Virus record (IMG/VR): IMGVR_UViG_3300016484_000140
Coordinates: 1 to 39,730 of that record
DNA length: 39,730 bases
Strand: one strand, 5' to 3'
Origin: a virus
Lineage: Duplodnaviria > Caudoviricetes
Part shown: positions 34,787-39,730 of the stretch, piece by piece
Layout: every line of letters begins with the position of its first letter
How positions within the stretch are numbered: the stretch's first letter is position 1
Program-made: the position numbers and the translations under genes
Notes under the pieces: model-generated
What the model was told of the DNA's origin: nothing
Seen by the model: only the letters and a program-made list of their open reading frames with translations
The model's database searches: none

Positions 34787-37659
34787 TGGCTGGTAATTTT
34801 CTTCCACCTGCAATATTTGAAATTAAGGCTATTGCCGATGAAGCAATTGCTAAATTCAAAGACGTTAATAACGAACTTGAAAAGATGGAAGGACAAGCCG
34901 CAAAGGCTGGCGGAAGCGTTGATAAAATGCAACAAGTTAGCCGTATTGCTACTGCCGCTTTAATCGGTATGGGAACAGCGTTTGCTGGTTTTGCCGCAGT
35001 TGGTATTAAAGAAGCACAAGAAACTGAACAAGTATTTACAAAATTAGGCGTAACGCTTTCTAATCTTGGTATTAGTAGTGCCGCAACGCGAGCGCAAGTT
35101 GAAGAACTATCTGGTAGTTACGTCAAATTAGGTTTTGGCGGAGATGAAGCGGCGAGCGCACTTAATACTTTATTAGGCGCAACTGGCGATTTAGATGAAT
35201 CACAAAAACTTCTTGCTATGTCTGCCGATTTAGCGCGTTTAAAAAATATTGATTTGGCTTCTGCCGCAAGTATTTTAGGTAAGGCAAGTAACGGAAGCAC
35301 AAAAGCGTTTAAAGAATTAGGTATTACTTTTGATGAAAGTTTGCCTAAAAATGAAGCATTAAAGAAAGCAATGGAAGAATTAGCCACAAAAACTGGCGGT
35401 CAAGCAATTGCTTTTACTCAAACTTTTGCTGGTCAATTAGTTGTTCTCAAAGAACAATTTAAAGATAGCGCGGAAAGCGTAGGTTCATTCCTTTTACCTA
35501 AGTTACAACAATTACTTGACGCATTTAATTCAGCCATAGATTTTGTAAAACGTAACTCCGAAGCATTTAAAATATTTGCTGGAATAATTTTAACAGTAAC
35601 AGTTGCGCTTGCTTCTTACAATATTGCTATCAAAGTTTCCACAGCGCTTACTAAAGCGTGGACAATTGTTACCAAAATACAACAAGCCGCAACGTTAATT
35701 CTTACTGGACAATTTAAAGCACTTAATACTGTTATGAAATTAAATCCTATTGGTTTAATTGTTACCGCAGGTGTTTTATTAGCAGGTATATTTGTAATGC
35801 TTTGGAACAAATCTGAAACTTTCCGTAAAGGTGTTATTGCGGTAGGTAAGGCTGGACTTACTGCGCTTGCTGGACTTATCACAATGGCTGGTCAAGTAGG
35901 TGAAGCATATTTAAAATTTCTTTTAACTCCATTAAAACTTTTATTAACTGCTTTATCAAAACTGCCTGGTGTTGGAAAATACGCCAAAACTGGTTTGGAT
36001 ATTCTTAATAAAGGTTTAGATGGCGTATCTGATTTTGCTAATAAAGCGGCTGGCAAAGTAAAAGAACTTTCAGGAAAATTAGATAGTTTAAATAAACCCA
36101 TTAAAATTGGTGGCGGTAAAGGTATTGAAGTGCCTGATTTTGGCAATAAAAAAGGTGGCGGTAAAACAAGCGGTGGTAAAACTAAAGAACAAATTGCTGC
36201 CGAAAAAGAAATTGCCAAGCAAAATGAAGATTATATGAAAACCGTTAAAGAACTTAACGAAAAAATTGCTAATGCGCAAGAAAAATATCAAGAACAATTG
36301 GTTAAGGCTAATAAACGTTATAACGAAGTAGTTGCGAGCGCAAACGCAAAAGCGGCAGAAGAAACCATTAAAGCCGAACAAAAGAAAAATGAAGATATTA
36401 CAAAGGCTAATGCCGAATATCAAAAGAAAACACAAGCGGCTCAAAAAACGTTTAACGACACAATGGGCAAACTTAACGCTAAACGTGCCGAAGATTTGGC
36501 TAAATTAGAAAAAGATAACGCGGCTAAGGTTGCTGAAATTTATAAGGCTAACGCGGCTAAATTACAAGATATTGTTAATGAAAGTATTAACCGACTACGT
36601 GACGCGTATAAACAAGGAACTTCATTTAGTGTTACAGATTTATTTAAAGGTTTAGTTGAGGCTGGAACTGCTAGCGCGCAAGGTTTATTAGAGGCGTTAC
36701 AAAATAAACTTTCTGGCGCTCGCCGTTTAGCGGCTAAGGCTTCCGAATTAGCGGCGGCTGGATTTAGTCAAACATTTGTGGAACAAGTTGTATCGGCTGG
36801 ACCCGAAGTAGGTATTGAACTTGCCGATAGTATTTTAAATGCCACACCAGAAACTATTAAAGAGTTACAAGCAACTTTCCGCGCTATGGAAACTCAAACT
36901 AATACTGGTTTAGACCAACTTGCTACGGCTATGAACCGTGGCGCAAATTTGGCTACTGATGAACTTAATAAAGCGTATCGTGAAGCAGAAACAGAATTAA
37001 CAGAATTTTTAACTCAACAAGCGGCTGATTATATGGCGGCACAAGTTGAAATTAATAAAGATTTTACAGAACAAATGGCAGAAGCCGAACGAACACGTGA
37101 CGAAGCGTTAGCACAAGCACAAGCCGATTTAACCGAAGCGTTAGCGGCAATTGATAAAGAATTTCAAGACCGCATTATTGAGATTAATAAAGATTTATCT
37201 AATGCGCTTGCAGAAGCCGCAAAAGATTTGGCTGAGGCTACGGAAGAAGCGCGTAAAGAACTTTCCGATACGTTAAATGATATTGCTAAAGAATTTGATG
37301 AGAAATTAGGCAAAATTAAAAACGCAATTGCTTCCACTATTGACGCTATTAAAGCAATGATGGCGGCATTAGCGGCGGCACAAGCGGCGGCGGCTGCGGC
37401 AAGTGTATCGGCAACAGTTACAACCACAACTACAACTACGCCTAAAACAACAACCACAACTACAACTACGCCTAAAACAACAACCACAGGCACTACAAAT
37501 ATTAATGTAACTGGTGTAAATTTAACTAGCCCACAAGAAACTGCTCAACAAATTCAATACGCAATTAAATACGGACAAGTTGTTCAAGTTCAGCCCGGAA
37601 CAGTTACAACAGGTTTAATGGCGGTTAGAACAGGTAGAGGAACGGCGGTATTTGAATGA
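34786..37659 (+). CDS. Tape measure protein
   Basis: 957 aa, Ala/Lys-rich helical, NPIG.I and LWNKSETFR motifs, hydrophobic middle, long coiled coil. Confidence 0.92.
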   Translation: MAGNFLPPAIFEIKAIADEAIAKFKDVNNELEKMEGQAAKAGGSVDKMQQVSRIATAALIGMGTAFAGFAAVGIKEAQETEQVFTKLGVTLSNLGISSAATRAQVEELSGSYVKLGFGGDEAASALNTLLGATGDLDESQKLLAMSADLARLKNIDLASAASILGKASNGSTKAFKELGITFDESLPKNEALKKAMEELATKTGGQAIAFTQTFAGQLVVLKEQFKDSAESVGSFLLPKLQQLLDAFNSAIDFVKRNSEAFKIFAGIILTVTVALASYNIAIKVSTALTKAWTIVTKIQQAATLILTGQFKALNTVMKLNPIGLIVTAGVLLAGIFVMLWNKSETFRKGVIAVGKAGLTALAGLITMAGQVGEAYLKFLLTPLKLLLTALSKLPGVGKYAKTGLDILNKGLDGVSDFANKAAGKVKELSGKLDSLNKPIKIGGGKGIEVPDFGNKKGGGKTSGGKTKEQIAAEKEIAKQNEDYMKTVKELNEKIANAQEKYQEQLVKANKRYNEVVASANAKAAEETIKAEQKKNEDITKANAEYQKKTQAAQKTFNDTMGKLNAKRAEDLAKLEKDNAAKVAEIYKANAAKLQDIVNESINRLRDAYKQGTSFSVTDLFKGLVEAGTASAQGLLEALQNKLSGARRLAAKASELAAAGFSQTFVEQVVSAGPEVGIELADSILNATPETIKELQATFRAMETQTNTGLDQLATAMNRGANLATDELNKAYREAETELTEFLTQQAADYMAAQVEINKDFTEQMAEAERTRDEALAQAQADLTEALAAIDKEFQDRIIEINKDLSNALAEAAKDLAEATEEARKELSDTLNDIAKEFDEKLGKIKNAIASTIDAIKAMMAALAAAQAAAAAASVSATVTTTTTTTPKTTTTTTTTPKTTTTGTTNINVTGVNLTSPQETAQQIQYAIKYGQVVQVQPGTVTTGLMAVRTGRGTAVFE
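37420..37488. repeat. 30-bp tandem repeat (about 2.3 copies) encoding TTTTTTTPKT
   Basis: ACAACCACAACTACAACTACGCCTAAAACA at 37420 and 37450. Confidence 0.85.
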
Positions 37660-38510
37660 CATTAACAGCCGTATATTCTTTTTCGTTTAACGGACAAGTA
37701 TTTGGTGGTGCTAATAGCCCTTATCAAATAACGGAAGTTGATGGTTTAGAAAGTCTTCCAGAAATCCGTAATCAAGATGATAACCGAGGATATGCCGATG
37801 GTATGTTTTCTGGTCGGGATTTTCTTGGTGGTCGTTCCATTTCAATGATTATTGAAACGTTTGCCACAACTGGTATGTCGGCACAAGATAATTACAATAT
37901 TTTACAAAGTGTATTATTACCACAAACGTCTGGTACAACGCCGTTATATTTCAAACTTCCTACTGTTACAGGCGACCAATATATAAACGCTCGTGTTCGC
38001 GGTCTTCGTACCATTATTACGCCTGATTACACATACGGCAAAATTACTTCGCAAGTTATTTTTTATTGCCCAGACCCACGTTGGTATTCATCTAATCAAC
38101 AAACCGCAACGCTGGCTTATTCAACTCCTACTGGTCGCATTTATAACCGCACTTATAATCTTACGTATGGCGGCGGTTCGGCTACCATTACAACCACAAT
38201 TACAAATAACGGTTGGGTTGATACTTACCCGACTATAACCATTACTGGCCCTATTACTAATCCGACAGTAGGCAACGGAACTCAAAGCAAGGCTTTAAAT
38301 TTTGTGGGAACATTCTCATCAAGTGATGAATTAGTTGTAGATTTATACAATAAACTAATCACGTTAAACGGACAACCAGCCCGAAACTTACTTATTTCAG
38401 GTGAATGGTTTTCTGCTCAACCGGGTAATAATTCGTTTTACTTTGTTGGTACAGGAACACTCGCTGGAACTACGGAAGCAACGGTAGTATGGCACTCGGC
38501 TTACATTTAG
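37656..38510 (+). CDS. Distal tail protein (Dit)
   Basis: Follows the tape measure gene; F.CPDPRWY, P.I.I.GP..NP and W....PG.N motifs. Confidence 0.8.
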   Translation: MTLTAVYSFSFNGQVFGGANSPYQITEVDGLESLPEIRNQDDNRGYADGMFSGRDFLGGRSISMIIETFATTGMSAQDNYNILQSVLLPQTSGTTPLYFKLPTVTGDQYINARVRGLRTIITPDYTYGKITSQVIFYCPDPRWYSSNQQTATLAYSTPTGRIYNRTYNLTYGGGSATITTTITNNGWVDTYPTITITGPITNPTVGNGTQSKALNFVGTFSSSDELVVDLYNKLITLNGQPARNLLISGEWFSAQPGNNSFYFVGTGTLAGTTEATVVWHSAYI

Positions 38511-38518
38511 GAGATTAA

Positions 38519-39232
38519 ATGACTTTACGCACACCGCCTTCTTGGTTACAAAATGGAAGCCACCCTGCCGAAAATGACCGCTTATCGGTTCAAGCACTTT
38601 ACGCCACAACTGGCATTATTGGTTCTTCTTCGTTAGCAGTAACACCTAATTCGCCAGCAGGTATGTCGGTACGCGTTGCTACTGGTTGGTGCGCCATTGT
38701 CGGTACAACGCAAAGCAATATGGGCGTATATACAGTATTTAATGACGCGCAAGATACGCTAACTGTTACTACGGCAGACCCTACAAATCCACGTATTGAC
38801 CGCGTAGTTGTAACTGTTCGTGACGCTTATTATTCAGGTGCGTTTAATGATGTAATTTTCCAAGTAATAGCAGGAACACCAGCAGGTTCGCCAGTTGCGC
38901 CTTCTACGCCAGATAATTCAATTTCACTTGCCACAATTGCGGTAGGTGCTGGCGTAACGCAAATTAATGCTGGAAATATTACTGATACACGTACAGAAAT
39001 AACCACAAATTTACCAGTAGGCGATATTACAGGCGTAACTGCTGGAACAGGATTAACAGGCGGCGGTTCAAGCGGCGCGGTAACCGTTGCTCTTGATACA
39101 AGTTCTGCTTATGTTATTCCAACCCAAACAGGCAATAACGGCAAATTTTTAACTACAAATGGTAGTGTTGCTTCTTGGGATACAGTAACCACCGACCCGA
39201 CACCAACCGTTTTCCTTATGATGGGAGCATAA
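38519..39232 (+). CDS. Minor tail protein / fibre anchor
   Basis: MSVRVA.G, A....PRID.VV, GTPAGSP.AP..P and I.D.R motifs typical of actinophage minor tail proteins. Confidence 0.7.
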   Translation: MTLRTPPSWLQNGSHPAENDRLSVQALYATTGIIGSSSLAVTPNSPAGMSVRVATGWCAIVGTTQSNMGVYTVFNDAQDTLTVTTADPTNPRIDRVVVTVRDAYYSGAFNDVIFQVIAGTPAGSPVAPSTPDNSISLATIAVGAGVTQINAGNITDTRTEITTNLPVGDITGVTAGTGLTGGGSSGAVTVALDTSSAYVIPTQTGNNGKFLTTNGSVASWDTVTTDPTPTVFLMMGA

Positions 39233-39236
39233 ATCA

Positions 39237-39566
39237 ATGGCAACAACATACAAAGTATTAGGGCAAAGTAACCCTTCTGCTACAACTCTTACAACACTTT
39301 ATACAGTACCTTCTGCAACACAAGCAGTTGTTTCTAGCATTGTGGTAGCAAATTTAACCGCAACTGCGGCAACTTTCCGTATTGCGGTACGCCCTGCTGG
39401 TGCTTCAATTACCAACGCACATTATGTTGGTTATGATATTACAGTAGGTGCTTCTGATAGCACAGTTTTAACAATGGGTATTACAATGGGCGCAACAGAT
39501 GTTCTTTCTGTTTATGCTTCAACCGCAAATTTAACTTTCCAAGCATACGGAAGTGAAATTGCTTAA
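39237..39566 (+). CDS. Small beta-sandwich virion protein
   Basis: YKVLGQ, LYTVP, SSIVV.N and F...GSE motifs; precedes the glycine-rich genes. Confidence 0.65.
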   Translation: MATTYKVLGQSNPSATTLTTLYTVPSATQAVVSSIVVANLTATAATFRIAVRPAGASITNAHYVGYDITVGASDSTVLTMGITMGATDVLSVYASTANLTFQAYGSEIA

Positions 39567-39568
39567 TA

Positions 39569-39730
39569 ATGTCCATTAAATCCATCAAAAACGGCACACG
39601 TAGTATTTCTATGCTTGTGGGTAATGCGGCTTATAATCCTTTACCTACAAGTATTGAATATTTAGTTATTGCTGGTGGCGGCGCAGGTGGCGCAGGTGGT
39701 TCAGGGCCTCGCGGTGGCGGTGGCGGTGGT
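39569..39730 (+). CDS. Glycine-rich virion/fibre protein, 5' part (continues into 1-711)
   Basis: MSIKSIKNGTRSISMLVGNAAYNPLPTSIEYLVIAGGG..., open to the window end. Confidence 0.8.
   Translation, partial: MSIKSIKNGTRSISMLVGNAAYNPLPTSIEYLVIAGGGAGGAGGSGPRGGGGGG

Noticed and set aside
39713-39730. Physical terminal repeat
   Set aside because: Low-complexity, mid-gene and only 18 nt; better explained as an assembly overlap.
1-39730. tRNA, tmRNA or rRNA genes
   Set aside because: No cloverleaf with a T-loop consensus seen in the intergenic spaces; not verified computationally.

Overview
Apparently complete ~39.7 kb genome of a long-tailed (siphovirus-like) dsDNA phage, opened inside a glycine-rich gene. 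The last 18 nt repeat the first 18 nt and the ORF reads through the junction. Gene order: glycine-rich fibre cluster, tail tip and lysis (1-5.5 kb); a leaderless DUF6378/metallophosphoesterase operon; a divergent promoter region; early genes; Bet/Cas4-like recombination and replication genes; SLT, RusA, HNH, SSB; ParB plus an ABC-ATPase/GNAT fusion; terminase; fibre-like genes; portal, head and tail with a -1 frameshift chaperone. I saw no integrase, DNA polymerase, tRNA or CRISPR array. A low-GC actinobacterial host is inferred from leaderless promoters, a GACAC box, GAAAGG-type RBSs and the SLT/Gp37-like genes. The most striking content is an RNA layer the ORF track misses. (1) Two clear type II hammerhead ribozymes (8041-8111, 9064-9126) bracket a three-gene early cassette. 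(2) A ~430 nt structured non-coding RNA lies between a predicted promoter and the first hammerhead. (3) Hairpin loops at 18101-18172 and 33725-33779 are exactly complementary to the non-canonical ribosome-binding sites used by early/middle genes, while many late genes use GGAG. This suggests an anti-Shine-Dalgarno temporal switch. All protein calls are by motif recognition, not database search.
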